A stretch of DNA of 53,431 nucleotides, the filler included, from Squatina squatina (lineage: Eukaryota), in the NCBI GenBank assembly GCA_031763465.1. It is 3 parts of 3 records of this genome, joined end to end, with 100 filler letters (N's around TTAATTAATTAA, not from the genome) between each part and the next. Parts side by side here need not be neighbours in the genome. Positions count along the whole stretch, not along the records: positions 16,714 to 36,077 come from JARFOE010000222.1; 2 more parts are not named here. The stretch is one strand, 5' to 3'. Made by a program: the position numbers and the translations under genes. The number at the start of each line of letters is the position of its first letter. Position 1 is the stretch's first letter. The notes beneath the pieces are model-generated. The model did not search any database. It worked only from the letters and a program-made list of their open reading frames with translations, and was not told the DNA's origin. This document shows, in pieces, positions 23,655-36,177 of this stretch.

Positions 23655-23955
23655 ACTGTCATTACGTGAGCAAACACACCAGCCAATTTGCACACTACAA
23701 GGTCCCACTAGTAGCAAATGAGAAGAATGACAATTAATCCATTTTTGGCCAGGACAATGGGAAAATTCCCTGCTATTCTTCAAAAAGTGTTATGGGATAT
23801 TTTATGTTCACCTGAACAGTTTAATGTCTCATACAAAATATATGATACCTCAATTAATGCAGCACGCCTTTTACACTGCAATTAACTACCAGATTATGTG
23901 CTCAAGTCCTTAGGTGTGAACCCACAACCCTCTGACTCCAAGGAGAGGGAGAGAG
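23655..23955 (-). mobile_element. tRNA-headed Deu-domain SINE (SacSINE1-like)
   Basis: Head gagtcagagggttgtgggttca...cttgagcaca. Homologous copies are at 27470-28055, 28950-29140, 30880-31050 and 42159-42270. Confidence 0.65.
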
Positions 23956-24429
23956 GGGCTCAATACAAGTAAGAGAAGAGAACTTTGTTCAAAAAAGTTT
24001 AAAGAAACTAACAAACTTAACCAAATATTGCAGTGAGCTTTGATCATGGCCGATAGGTACCCAGTGTTCAAAAGCATTTCCAAAACTGTTTTTAGCTTGT
24101 ACACAGCAGCTTACAGCTGAAATCTCGGACAGATTATGGAAACCGCTCTTCTTTATTCTTCAATAGCTGAAGATCCGATTTCCGTAGGCCAGAGTTTCAA
24201 CAAATTTTGCACAGACTCAAAGTCCTCCAGCTTCTGACTGTTCCCATTTCACAAACTGTTTGATTCTGGGGAATTAGCCACTTTCAACTTACCTGTGCAC
24301 ACTTACCAACATAACATAAAACAACACTCTAATTTTTATATCTTCTTGGGTTCCCTCTCTCCTTGTCTAAGGGAGATACTACAACAAATCTTTAACTTTA
24401 ACAGCAGGTGACCAGCAGCACAGAGAATT

Positions 24430-24632
24430 TTTAAAAATTTGTTCTTGGGATGTGGGAGTTGCTGGCAATGGAACCGCTGCAGTCCTTTGGTGAAGGTACT
24501 CCCACAGTGATGTTAGGACGAGAGTTCCAGGATTTTGCGCCTGCTGCATTTATCCTTCTACATGGTAGAGGTCGTGGGTTGGTGAGGTGCTGCCGAAGAA
24601 GCCTTGGTGAGTTGCTGCAGTGCATCTTGTAT
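24430..24632 (-). mobile_element. LINE 3' end fragment
   Basis: WNS.PN.TVG-type terminal motif, homologous to 6770-6925 and 38530-38860. Confidence 0.55.
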
Positions 24633-26664
24633 NNNNNNNNNNNNNNNNNNNNNNNNNNNNNNNNNNNNNNNNNNNNNNNNNNNNNNNNNNNNNNNNNNNN
24701 NNNNNNNNNNNNNNNNNNNNNNNNNNNNNNNNCTTGTTTTTCTCTCCACAGATGCTGCCTGACCTGCTGAGTTTTTCCAGCATTTTTTGTTTATATACAT
24801 TCTGCTACTTGCCCCCTGACTCCACATTCTCTCACCTTGTTCATCTGTCTATTATGGGCCACCTTATCAAAGGCCTGATTCTTTGGACATATTAATTGTA
24901 CCCAAGTTTATAAAACTGGTCTTGCAGTCTTAAAATGCACATTAGTAATACACAATACATATTTTTAAAAAAGAGGCCTACTTGAAAAGCTTTGAATTTC
25001 AAGCTTTATATGCTGACCAAGGTGAATGGTCTCTTTAAGGTAAATTAACATATATAGACTTTAAAGTTCATGAACTCTTTTATTAATACTATGCAAACTG
25101 ATCGTCATAGTCTTTTTTTAAGGCAGCTAATACTTTGATCTTCCTGATGACATCTGCAGGTTTTTGTGTCATGCTGTTCGAACTGAATAGAAAGGTCAGG
25201 ACTTGTATCAAAATCACCCATATAAATCAAGTATCCTTTGTATTCTAGACAGACTGGGTATAATTAACATGTTTCAACAAACCAACTTCCTCAGTAAATA
25301 GATGCCTTATGGATGTAACCAGATGCTTTCTCACAAAGTGTGCTAGCATTTTTACTTTACATTAAGCTACTAAGGAAATGCACTAAAAAGTAACCAGCTG
25401 GGATTAGTCCCATTGTTCGATCAGATGTGTTCTTGGTTCAGGCAGTAATTTTAATTACGTAGCAGTGGAATCTAATCACCTCAGCAATGTGTTATCTCCT
25501 CTCCCATTGTCTTTTTCACCACCGTGTGGTCAGAACTGTGTAACAGGGTGTGTCCCTTCACCCTTCGATGCGTATATCTTTGCATCTAAAAAAGGGTGCT
25601 GGTTTCTGTTGGAAGTCACTGTTGGATGTTCAAAGTTCAATAGAATCTTTTGTGGATTTACTGGAGCATGTCTGTTTGCCCCTTAATTCTGCAATGTCCA
25701 GCAGCCTGTCGTTTTAACATGNNNNNNNNNNNNNNNNNNNNNNNNNNNNNNNNNNNNNNNNNNNNNNNNNNNNNNNNNNNNNNNNNNNNNNNNNNNNNNN
25801 NNNNNNNNNNNNNNNNNNNNNCTCTGGAATGTCCTGAATATAAATTCTTTCTTCTGAAGTTATCCCTGTTAGAATATTATCAAAGATTCTATTTAAAACA
25901 CTTCATTAATGATTATTCTTCTTCACAACTTCCACATTGCATTTATTTTAAATCTAGAAAATATATATCCTATTGTTTTGATGATGCCTAACGTAACTCA
26001 ATCTTCCAGGACATATAAATGCAAGTCCGTTTAATACATTAAAATTCTTTTGTACAGCATGCATGTCCTCCAAGTGTCATACTCCCTACATGTAATAGTT
26101 TCCCCATTACACTGACATTTTGTTGATAACACCCTACATTATACAACAGCAAATCCTCTGACTTATAGCGAGTGAAGCCATAGAACATGTGGTAGTTAAC
26201 GTAAAGTTTTTTTAAAGTACTTTGGTTTCCCCCACATTAAATCTGTAACGTATATTTATAATCATGATCCAAAAGAGACATGCTAAACTTAACTGGGTCT
26301 TCCTTTAATGAATTGCATATACTTACATTTGAACCAAAATCACAAGAGTATTAAAATAAAAGCATACAATGACATCACTTTGTTGGTTCCATCATTATTT
26401 TTTCATGAGAATGGGGACTATTACTGATATGCTTGTTTCATTCTGAGGCACTGCAAATCAATTCGCTAAGGGGACAACTGAAGAGTGGCAGGAAATGATG
26501 AGAGTCATGTAAAAACACGTTACTTTGAATGCGACATCTGCTATTTATATCTTTTAACACAAATACAGGAAACACAAGCAGCTGCAAATATGTATTGCTA
26601 AGGTAATTTTGTTCACTGAAGTACCTCCTATTATTTTACTCAAAGATTACCAGCCACATATAAA

Positions 26665-27335
26665 AATTGGCTACCGCCCCGATCGATGGTGATAACTCTC
26701 TGGAGCTCTGGAGCTGGGTCAGTTACCGCCGGCCCCAGAACCTCCCCCACTGTCCACCTCACTTCCAGGGCAGTATCGGGACGATGATGGGGTGTTGACA
26801 GGCGTGCGGCACTGATAACATCAGCGACACGCTCCGGACACTAGTGCTCCATGGAGCGCTGACGTCGCAGGTGGCCCCGCCCCTGGCCTTAAAGGGGAGG
26901 GCCACCACGCTTCACAAGGCCGTCCTGATGGCCACCACTGGGCCACCAGGGATGTCTCGAGGCAGGCCAAGAGCCCAGCATGTTAGTCAACGTGCCGGGC
27001 TGGCGGATGGCAGCCGGGTCAAGGCGAGGGCTGCCATCGGTCAGCCGACCAAAGAGTTGGCCGACAGAAAAAGATGAAGGCCCAGGGTGCAATCGGTCCT
27101 CCTCTTTAAGGCCCGCTGCATTGACAGTAGGCCTCGTGACCCGCAGAGGAATTTCCACTGCGGTGTGCAAAGGGGGCATGGCGAGGCGTTAAGGGTTCGT
27201 GGCAGGGCTCAAAGAGGTCTTTGTATCTCCGGGTACTCCTGGGGAATTTCCCTCGCCGCCTGGCCCGCAGAAAATTATTTTATCGCCTCTCCGGGATGTT
27301 AACAGGATGAAAATAAAGGGGAATTTCGCTCCCAG
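26665..27335. mobile_element. GC/CpG-rich insertion, probable non-autonomous DNA element
   Basis: Abrupt GC-rich block in an AT-rich intron. It carries ttaaaggg, also seen in the element at 2242, and ends gaatttcgctccc. Confidence 0.4.
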
Positions 27336-27469
27336 TATGTCTTCCAAGATGTTACTTTGTGTAATAGGTATATTTCATCCCACAAATGCATTATTAATTC
27401 CAAAAACTCCCAAGGGAACCTAACATTGTGTTTAAGAAAGAAAGATCTTGAATTCATATACTGTACTTC

Positions 27470-28055
27470 ACAGCTTCAGGATGTGTTTTACAGCCAATGA
27501 AGCATTTTTGAAGTGTGGTGACTGTTGTAATGTCGACAAAATGGCAGTCAATTTGTGCACACCAACACCCCATGAACAGCAACAAGATAAATGTCCAGAT
27601 AATCTGTTTTAACGGTATTGGAAAAGGGATACATGGTGGTCTGGTCACCAGGAGAACTCCCCTGTCCTAATTCAAATAGTGCCGTGGGATCTCTTANNNN
27701 NNNNNNAGTTGGTAGGAGATGGCTTTTGAAGATGTATTCACTGACCTTGACCACGGGTCTGAGGTCATGAAGTTTCTTTGGGCACTGGAGCCAGGTGGTG
27801 GGGTAGTGACAGCCTCGGTGATGTGCTCCCACATCGCTCTTTCTGGATGGCGTCCTAGCCCCTGTGGGTAGAGTGCGTGTCTTTAATTTATTTTAATTTA
27901 ATCTCATCTGAAAGACGGCGTATCCAATAATGCAGCACTCACTCAGTATGACACAGCAGTGTCAGCCTATATTACATGCTGAAGTCTCTGGACTGCGCTT
28001 GTACCCTTGAATGATCTTTTCACTCAGAGGTGAGCTTGCTACCACTGAGCTAATG
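27470..28055 (-). mobile_element. Deu-domain SINE pieces flanking a gap and a Myb/SANT-like fragment
   Basis: Homology to 23655-23955 and 42159-42270. Confidence 0.6.
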
Positions 28056-28561
28056 TTGACAGGTAAAAAGAGAAAACAATCAGAGGAAGGTAGTTTTTCC
28101 AAGGCAAAGCACCTCCTTCAGATAGGAAAATAGAGGTATTGCTGTGGGTAACTTTTCCTTAACTTTAGGTCAAATCTTCTACAAGTGGACACCCAAGGTC
28201 CAAAAGTAGTTGCAGTCAGGAGGAATACTGAAAAGAGACATTCAGTTCCCCCCTTGCTCCCAATGGCAGAAATAGGGTGACCCTGTCATGCAAAATGGCA
28301 CATGGTGAAGTAAACACTCCAGTAGTGTACCATAATATACCATAGAGTACCATTGTAATTATAAAACAATCCCTCTACTTTCTAGCCAAAAATGCAGCAT
28401 TGGATAAAGTGGAGCAGGAGACCAGTGTTGATAAAGTGAGTTCGGAGATGAACGTTTGATGNNNNNNNNNNNNNNNNNNNNNNNNNNNNNNNNNNNNNNN
28501 NNNNNNNNNNNNNNNNNNNNNNNNNNNNNNNNNNNNNNNNNNNNNNNNNNNNNNNNNNNNN

Positions 28562-28790
28562 CCATGCCAGTATATTACCCCCAATCCCATGTGCTTTAAT
28601 TTTGCATACTAACCTCTTATGTGGGACTTTATCAAAGGTCTTCTGAAAATCCAAATACACCACATCCACTGGTTCTCCCTTATCTATTCTACTAGTTACA
28701 TCAAAAAACTCCAGTAGGTTTTTCATACAGGGTTTCCCTTTCATAAATCCATGTTGACTTTGCCTAATCCTGTTGCTGCTTTCTAAGTGT
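28562..28790 (-). mobile_element. CR1 RT fragment
   Basis: GFMKGK.C..NLLEFF...VDVVYLDFQKTFDKVPHKRL. Confidence 0.9.
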
Positions 28791-29440
28791 TGTGGGCAAC
28801 AGAGTTTTGGATGAGCTGAGGTTTACGGAGGGAGGGTGGCCTACATTAGGTGTGAAGGCAGGCGGTGTGACAGAGGTAGATGTAGAATATTGTTGTAATG
28901 GAGAGGTGAATGTCGAAGATGCCTTGACGCTGTTCAAAGTACCATAGGGGAATTCTCCTTGTGCTATCTATCCTTCAACCATCATTACTAAATAAAAACA
29001 GATTACACCACTGATTGTGGGACCTCGATGAGTGCAAATTGGCTGCTGCATTCCCCGACATTACAACAATGACTTCACTTCAAAAGTAATGCGCTTTGGG
29101 ACATCCCGAGGTCATGAAAGCACCATAGAAATGCAAGTTTCTTTTTCTTTCTCTCTTTCTCTTTTCCATTCAGCCTTACATTTTGCTTCTGCTCTACTGA
29201 TGTGAGCACTCTCCTCTTAATTCCACATGCTATTATCTTTGTCATAAGTCTCTTATCAAATGCTTCAGTGGAAAGTTTGAGAAGACTTTTCAGAAGTTTG
29301 CATTCAGTGTGGGCATCTGCTTTTTCTTCATTTTCCAAAATGTTGGTTTATTTCAGAGAATCTTACAGGATAGCAGGAGGTCATTCAGCCCATTGTGCCT
29401 ATGCTGCCTACTTGAAAGTGCTCTCTGCTCTCTTGCAATT

Positions 29441-30122
29441 GGCCCTGAAATTGCGATCTCCCTGGGTGGGAATGATTTTCCCACGCACCCGGGGAGACAT
29501 CGCAAAAGCCGGTTATGGGGCTGTACATTGTAAGCCTGCATAACCGGCATTTGCGATCTGTCCAGAAACTTCTAGATAGATCCAATGCTGAGGCTGCAAA
29601 GCCCATCCCCAGCACTGAGCTTTGTGTTATTTTTGCAAAGCTTTCTGCTGGGGATCCCTTGAAATTTCATACGCATGGTAAAACCTATCGTAAGAAATGT
29701 TAAAAAGTTTTAATTCAAAAAAATTAATGGGATATTACCTTAAAAACATTCCCAGTAAGGTAAGTATGTTTTTAAACATTTAAAAAGATTTTTTTGTTGA
29801 AATTTCAAAGACAGAAATTGTATTATTTGTCTCCTTTTTATTGAATTTAATGTTAAAATAGTTTTAAAAATGTATTGTGATGTGTTTGTGTTTTTCATCT
29901 TTTATTGAAGTTTTGACAGTTCTTGACAGATTGCTGAGATCCCATGTGAGCCGCTTTATTCAACTTGCCTGGGAACCTAGGGAGCCCCGCTCCGAATCTC
30001 CAACTCGGCGGGGCTGAAGATCCCAAACTCCCATGGGTCCGGGACCCTGAGTTAAGTACGTAAGGGAAATTGCAATCAGAGGCACGCGCACGCAGGGAGC
30101 CTCCGATTACAATTTCAGGCCC
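29441..30122. mobile_element. MITE / non-autonomous TIR element (family A)
   Basis: Imperfect TIRs ggccctgaaattgcgatc ... gattacaatttcaggccc. A second copy of the left end is at 35979-36077. Confidence 0.8.
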
Positions 30123-30548
30123 ATAAACTTGCTGATTCCTACATCAGTGCATGTGAAACTTCGGGCAGAGTCCACCAAAGGATCTGAAAATGCATAGATT
30201 GAGCAAAGGAGAGTACATGCTGGACAGGTTTGAGCAAATAACTTGAATAATTCATCAGCTACTGTCCAGAGCTTTGTCTCATTATTGTGGAAGCTGTTGC
30301 CTGTCCGATTTCCATTTTCAATCCTGTAAGTGCTATTGACCTCAAAAAACAGCTGAAGCTTAATTAACCTTGCTTCAAAGTGTCTGAGTGTTACGTCTGC
30401 ACAGATGCATGCACTTAAATATTTATCTTCTCTCGTTGTATAGCTACTGGCATCAGATTAAAAATTAACAGGGTTATTTCTTTATTTCTCCATTGTGATT
30501 TTTTCTCTTTATAGTTGCATGTGAAGGAAGAATTTCAGATTTAAAAAA

Positions 30549-30632
30549 ATGAGTGGTGGACTGGCACCAAGCAAAAGCACGGTATATGTATCCAATTTGC
30601 CATTTTCACTGACAAACAGTGATCTGCACAAG
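30549..30632 (+). CDS. ZCRB1: U11/U12 snRNP 31K (zinc finger CCHC and RRM protein 1), first coding exon
   Basis: [28 protein letters not shown]|gtaaa, with an acceptor at 30514. Confidence 0.96.
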
Positions 30633-31057
30633 GTAAAACTTATTTTTAACAGTTGTATGCATTATGTTGAAGTAAGTGTTTTGCTTATGAAGTATGGTAT
30701 TGTACACTGACTGAACAGTGCAGTTCACTCTTAAGGATATTTGCTTCTCACATTACAAATAAGATTATGCTTTTTAAATTGCTCTGTTGGAATGTGAGGC
30801 TAAAGGCTTCCCCAATGCTTTAGGAGGTTTATCCAGTGACAAGCACGGTCCCAGTTATGATTTCAGCTGGGGCAGCAGTAAAGAAGAAATAATTTGCATT
30901 TATTTAGAGCTTTTCGTGTCTTCGGGATGTTCCAACATACTTCACAGCCGATTAATTAGTGCAGTCGCTGTTATTATGCAAGTAAACACAGCAACCAAAT
31001 GCACAACAAAGTCCCAGTAATGGAAATGAAATGATGAATAAATCTGTTCTTGATTGT

Positions 31058-31267
31058 AAAAGCAGAGAATGCTGGAAATACTCAGCAGGTCAGACAGCAT
31101 CTGTGGAGAGAGAAACAGAGTTAACATTTCAGGTTGATGAACCTTCGTCAGAACTGGAAAAAGTTAGAATTGTAGCAAGTTTTTAAGCAAGCGCAGGGGC
31201 AGGGAAAGGTGGGAGGGGGAGAAAGAACAAAAGGGAAGGTCTGTGATTGGGTGGAAGGCAGAAAAGA
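31058..31267 (-). mobile_element. PLE 3' end fragment
   Basis: Reverse-complement homologue of 540-740. Confidence 0.8.
31119..31155 (-). ncRNA. Minimal type-I hammerhead ribozyme motif in PLE end
   Basis: AGUU-CUGACGA-AGGUU(CAUC)AACCU-GAAA-UG-UU-AACU. Confidence 0.65.
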
Positions 31268-32011
31268 NNNNNNNNNNNNNNNNNNNNNNNNNNNNNNNNN
31301 NNNNNNNNNNNNNNNNNNNNNNNNNNNNNNNNNNNNNNNNNNNNNNNNNNNNNNNNNNNNNNNNNNNAAAACATTCATAGCAGGTCAACAAGTTATATAA
31401 CTACCACAACTAGTATAATTTCTGAAAACAATATATCATCTTAAGTGCTATAATTACCCAAACATGACAGGGTTTCTTATAGCCTAGCTCTTCATTCTTA
31501 TGTCCACCTACTAGACGTTATCTCGACCTCCTCGTTCCAGAGGAGGTGTAGATAACTCAATGCGTGCGCGCTGTTGGAGCACAGCCACATTTCGAGAGCA
31601 TTCCTCACTGAATCGGTCCAGTAGGTCCAAGCACCCAGTTTGCAAGGCATTGAATTCAGTTGTTGAAAAAAAATTCTGCAACAAATATGAACTTTCATAA
31701 ATTTGTGCAGAGTTCATTCTCCTAGTTATTCTCACCTATGTGCTGAACTAACATCAACAGTTGCTCCCCAGTCCAATGCACAAGAATAATGAATATAGTG
31801 TCTCTGGTTGCCAAGCTACTGAACAGGTGGCTACTTTAAAATACAATTAACGGTTTTGCTTGTAGAGTGTAAATTCCAACCAGGTCAAAAACTTGGCTTT
31901 TGCACCAGCAAAAATTGCTGTTAATTCATCATGAGCGATTTTAATAGTTGCACAACTTTTATTTTCATTCCAAGTTTACCCGATTTAAATTTATGACTAT
32001 TTTCCTTACAG

Positions 32012-32040
32012 ATTTTTTCCAAGTATGGCACAGTTGTCAA
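32012..32040 (+). CDS. ZCRB1: ZCRB1 29-nt coding exon
   Basis: cttacag|IFSKYGTVV(K)|gtaagt, with phases matching the neighbouring exons. Confidence 0.93.
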
Positions 32041-35000
32041 GTAAGTGAAACATAATTTATGTTGTTGAAATTCATTTGTAGTAAGTTTTTGGTATTGAAC
32101 AGAAATTTTAAAAATTAATTATTTTTCTGTTTGCTAAAAAAAAATCAGATGCACCAAAATTGTGAATAATATTGAAACAGTTTTGATGTATCGTGTTTTA
32201 AAAACTATTAACTTGGTATTGACATTCAGAAAACTTTTGTTCTGGCACTTTGAAANNNNNNNNNNTAACCCATATTTATTCAAAAAAACGATGCCAGCTG
32301 GAGTCAGTGATCCAATATTTGGAACTGAATAGCTGCTATTAAATGGGTTCTGATGTTCAAACCTTTAGAGAAGAAAAGAAGTTGTCATGAATATCATACT
32401 CCATATTAATCAGCTGAAAAGCATTTGCAGCATAGCTTTCAGTTCCATTTTAAGCATGACATTCCACCATTAAACTGTGCCAATAAGCAATGCAGCAGTA
32501 CTGCACAAGACCCCCAAGCCAGCAAAATCAGCTGATTTGTTGAATCTACATAAAATCGCACTTTGGCCCAAAGAATAACCTAAATTCCACCCTTCCAAGT
32601 TGTGAAGTATGACTTATAAAAGCTTTATTGCTTTAATTGGCTGTAAAGCGCTTTGGGATGTCCTGAGATAGTGAAAGGTACTATGTAAACCCAAGTCTTT
32701 TCAACAGGAGACGAATATATGCCCAAGATAATTCGTATTCGGAATGAAAGTTTCCCTGCAGTTAAATGTGTTCAGCTCCATTGAACAGATTTACCATAAG
32801 TTTTCAACACTGAACCATCAGAAGCCTGATTCCAGAACTAATTTCTGGTGGCCATATTCTCCACATTTATACTATACAGTTACTACAAAATCATATTCTT
32901 GACTTTCCCAAATGCCAGGGGATGCTACATACAGACCAGCGATGTTAATGAATCATTGCTAACCTGTACATAGCTGGCAGATGTTTACAATTACTGCTGG
33001 GATAGTTTTATGAAAAATTGTATTTTACGTTTGGTAAAAAGAAATTGGTACTTTCATGTAACTGGGATACTTCGGCTCTGCAGGCAGGCAATGAAACCAC
33101 CCCCTGAGATAGTCACAGTGCCTTCCAAGGGATGTATGCCATTTCATTTTTATTGCATAGCAAAGGTGATAGCTAACCTGTGTGCTGCACATTTCTCTTC
33201 CCCCAGTTAAAACTCTGTTATATCAAAAATCCAGGTGAACATTTAAGAAATTGAGCTTCCAGCTGCTCTGCATTTTAATTATTTTGTCGAACGGCTAATT
33301 TTGCACTCCTGCTAATTGTGCCATCTCTGTTATCACCAACTTAACCTCTCCAAGGACCACACTCCTGTTCTTACGGGACACTTTCCACAACTTTTCTCCT
33401 TCCATCTTAAGTTCCAGTTCCGGAAACATTATTAACAATAAATTTTGAAAATGCATTTATCAATGATCCTTATGGTTCAGTATAATTGAATTTTCCAAAT
33501 GGCAAACGTGCAGGGAGACAGAGGAGGGGGAAACAAAGATTGAGCCAAAAGACAGGAAGGGGAAAAGCAAAAGTGGAATGCAGAGAAATCAAGGATGAAA
33601 AACAAACAGGGCCACAGTACAAAATAATGCTAAGGGGACTAAAAATGTTAAAAAGACAAGCCTAAAGTCTTTGGGCGACCAATTAGTGTTTCGGGCATTT
33701 GTAGNNNNNNNNNNNNNNNNNNNNNNNNNNNNNNNNNNNNNNNNNNNNNNNNNNNNNNNNNNNNNNNNNNNNNNNNNNNNNNNNNNNNNNNNNNNNNNNN
33801 NNNNNNNNNNNNNNNNNNNNNNNNNNNNNNNNNNNNNNNNNNNNNNNNNNNNNNNNNNNNNNNNNNNNNNNNNNNNNNNNNNNNNNNNNNNNNNNNNNNN
33901 NNNNNNNNNNNNNNNNNNNNNNNNNNNNNNNNNNNNNNNNNNNNNNNNNNNNNNNNNNNNNNNNNNNNNNNNNNNNNNNNNNNNNNNNNNNNNNNNNNNN
34001 NNNNNNNNNNNNNNNNNNNNNNNNNNNNNNNNNNNNNNNNNNNNNNNNNNNNNNNNNNNNNNNNNNNNNNNNNNNNNNNNNNNNNNNNNNNNNNNNNNNN
34101 NNNNNNNNNNNNNNNNNNNNNNNNNNNNNNNNNNNNNNNNNNNNNNNNNNNNNNNNNNNNNNNNNNNNNNNNNNNNNNNNNNNNNNNNNNNNNNNNNNNN
34201 NNNNNNNNNNNNNNNNNNNNNNNNNNNNNNNNNNNNNNNNNNNNNNNNNNNNNNNNNNNNNNNNNNNNNNNNNNNNNNNNNNNNNNNNNNNNNNNNNNNN
34301 NNNNNNNNNNNNNNNNNNNNNNNNNNNNNNNNNNNNNNNNNNNNNNNNNNNNNNNNNNNNNNNNNNNNNNNNNNNNNNNNNNNNNNNNNNNNNNNNNNNN
34401 NNNNNNNNNNNNNNNNNNNNNNNNNNNNNNNNNNNNNNNNNNNNNNNNNNNNNNNNNNNNNNNNNNNNNNNNNNNNNNNNNNNNNNNNNNNNNNNNNNNN
34501 NNNNNNNNNNNNNNNNNNNNNNNNNNNNNNNNNNNNNNNNNNNNNNNNNNNNNNNNNNNNNNNNNNNNNNNCACTGCTGGTCAAAATCTGCTATTTCATC
34601 CAATTTTCTGACCAGTTTATCAAAGGTTATTTCTGGGAAGAAATATTGTCTGGACGGAGGAATGGCAAGGAGACATAGTTTGATTCTAATCTCCAAACCA
34701 TTATTTCTCGGATTCGGTCCTTGTGTGTAAAAGTAAAATCAGAAAAAGAAATTCATTTTTTTTTTCTAAAGTTGAATTTGGACACCAAATCAAATGGCTG
34801 AATCAGAAAAATAAGGATTTGGAAATTACTCTTAGGCTGCAGATTCTTTCCAGCCATTGATTATTTGGAAATAATTGTAAAGTAAATAAAGATGGGAAAC
34901 CTGCACATACCTAAATTTAAATTCATCAATGTTTAAAAGGGGTGAAATATGAAGTTGCTTTATTAGTGGTGATTTGTGTGCATGACATGTGAAGGATGTA

Positions 35001-35323
35001 ATTGGATTGTTTTATGAAAAATTCTAATTGATTGACCAGATAGAGCACTTCTTATTGTCTGAGAAATTAATGCATTTGTGAAACTCTAAGTAGAATTGAA
35101 GAATCCCCAGATACACTATCAGTAGGGTATTGAGTTTGCTAATATCATACAAGATATACTAGGTTAAGGGCTCTCTAATCTTTGATGTTACGAGTAACAT
35201 TACTTGCACTCAAAGTAAATTAACCATTTGTGTAGCCTTCCGTGAAGAATGTTGANNNNNNNNNNGCTCAGTGACCTTTTTGGCTTTTATTCGGGCCTGC
35301 TGAGACTGTCTTTTTGTTTGCAG

Positions 35324-35435
35324 AGTTACAGTATTGAGGGACAAAGATTCCAGGAAAAGCAAAGGTGTGGCATTTGTTCTGTTCCTGGATAGAGAATCGG
35401 CATATAATTGTACCAGGGCGCTTAACAATAAGCAA
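35324..35435 (+). CDS. ZCRB1: ZCRB1 coding exon (RNP1)
   Basis: tttgcag|[37 protein letters not shown]|gtaag. Confidence 0.95.
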
Positions 35436-35551
35436 GTAAGCTAAAAGCTTATTTCACAATTCCATTTTAATTTCATTTTCAACTGAACAAGAGTTGGCTT
35501 GTCTTTGATATAATAACCTTTTCAAGTGATTGTTTTTCTGATCAAATTTAG

Positions 35552-35659
35552 TTGTTTGGCAGAACAGTGAAGGCGAGTATTGCAGTTGACAATGGAAGAG
35601 CATCTGAATTCATCAGAAGGCGCAATTACACTGACAAATCCCGATGTTACGAATGTGGA
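35552..35659 (+). CDS. ZCRB1: ZCRB1 coding exon (RRM end, start of CCHC knuckle)
   Basis: tttag|[36 protein letters not shown]|gtgagt. The gene is truncated by the scaffold end. Confidence 0.95.
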
Positions 35660-35978
35660 GTGAGTACAAAACAGTTAAATGAAAAACGTGATAATCACCA
35701 ATACAATTCTTTAGGTTTTACTGACATAACAGTACTACAAAAAAGGTTATGAGAAAAGGTGGTTCTGTTAAATTACCCAAAATGTAATGAATGGACAAAT
35801 CTGGCAGCATAAAATGAAACCCCACAAAGTTGGCATTAAAACCTTGGTGGAACAATCAGAATCCACCTGGTGGGAAAACATGATATTGAACATAGACCTC
35901 ACGGTCAGTCCCCAGATCAAACACATCTCTCGATCCTCCGTGAAATTCACTCACTGCACCATGTACAGTGTACATTGT

Positions 35979-36077
35979 GGCCCGGAAATTGCGATCTCTC
36001 CGGGCAGGAACGATGTTCCCACGCACCCGGGGAGACATCACAAAAGCCGGTTATGGGGCTATACATCGTAAGCCCGC
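35979..36077. mobile_element. MITE family A left end (truncated at scaffold end)
   Basis: High identity to 29441-29540. Confidence 0.85.
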
Positions 36078-36177
36078 NNNNNNNNNNNNNNNNNNNNNNN
36101 NNNNNNNNNNNNNNNNNNNNNTTAATTAATTAANNNNNNNNNNNNNNNNNNNNNNNNNNNNNNNNNNNNNNNNNNNN
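36078..36177. other. Artificial scaffold-joining linker
   Basis: N44 + TTAATTAATTAA (36122-36133) + N44. Confidence 0.97.

Noticed and set aside
25231-25239. U12-type 5' splice site consensus GTATCCTTT upstream of ZCRB1, suggesting minor-spliceosome autoregulation
   Set aside because: It is a single site rather than a clear tandem pair, has no associated exon, and is separated from ZCRB1 by gaps. Chance occurrence is plausible.
31498-31735. Antisense ORFs with retained CpGs in a ZCRB1 intron
   Set aside because: They are short, show no recognisable domain and have no splice support.
33589-34696. Long 300+ aa ORFs (also 19479-20010)
   Set aside because: They consist almost entirely of N-gap codons.
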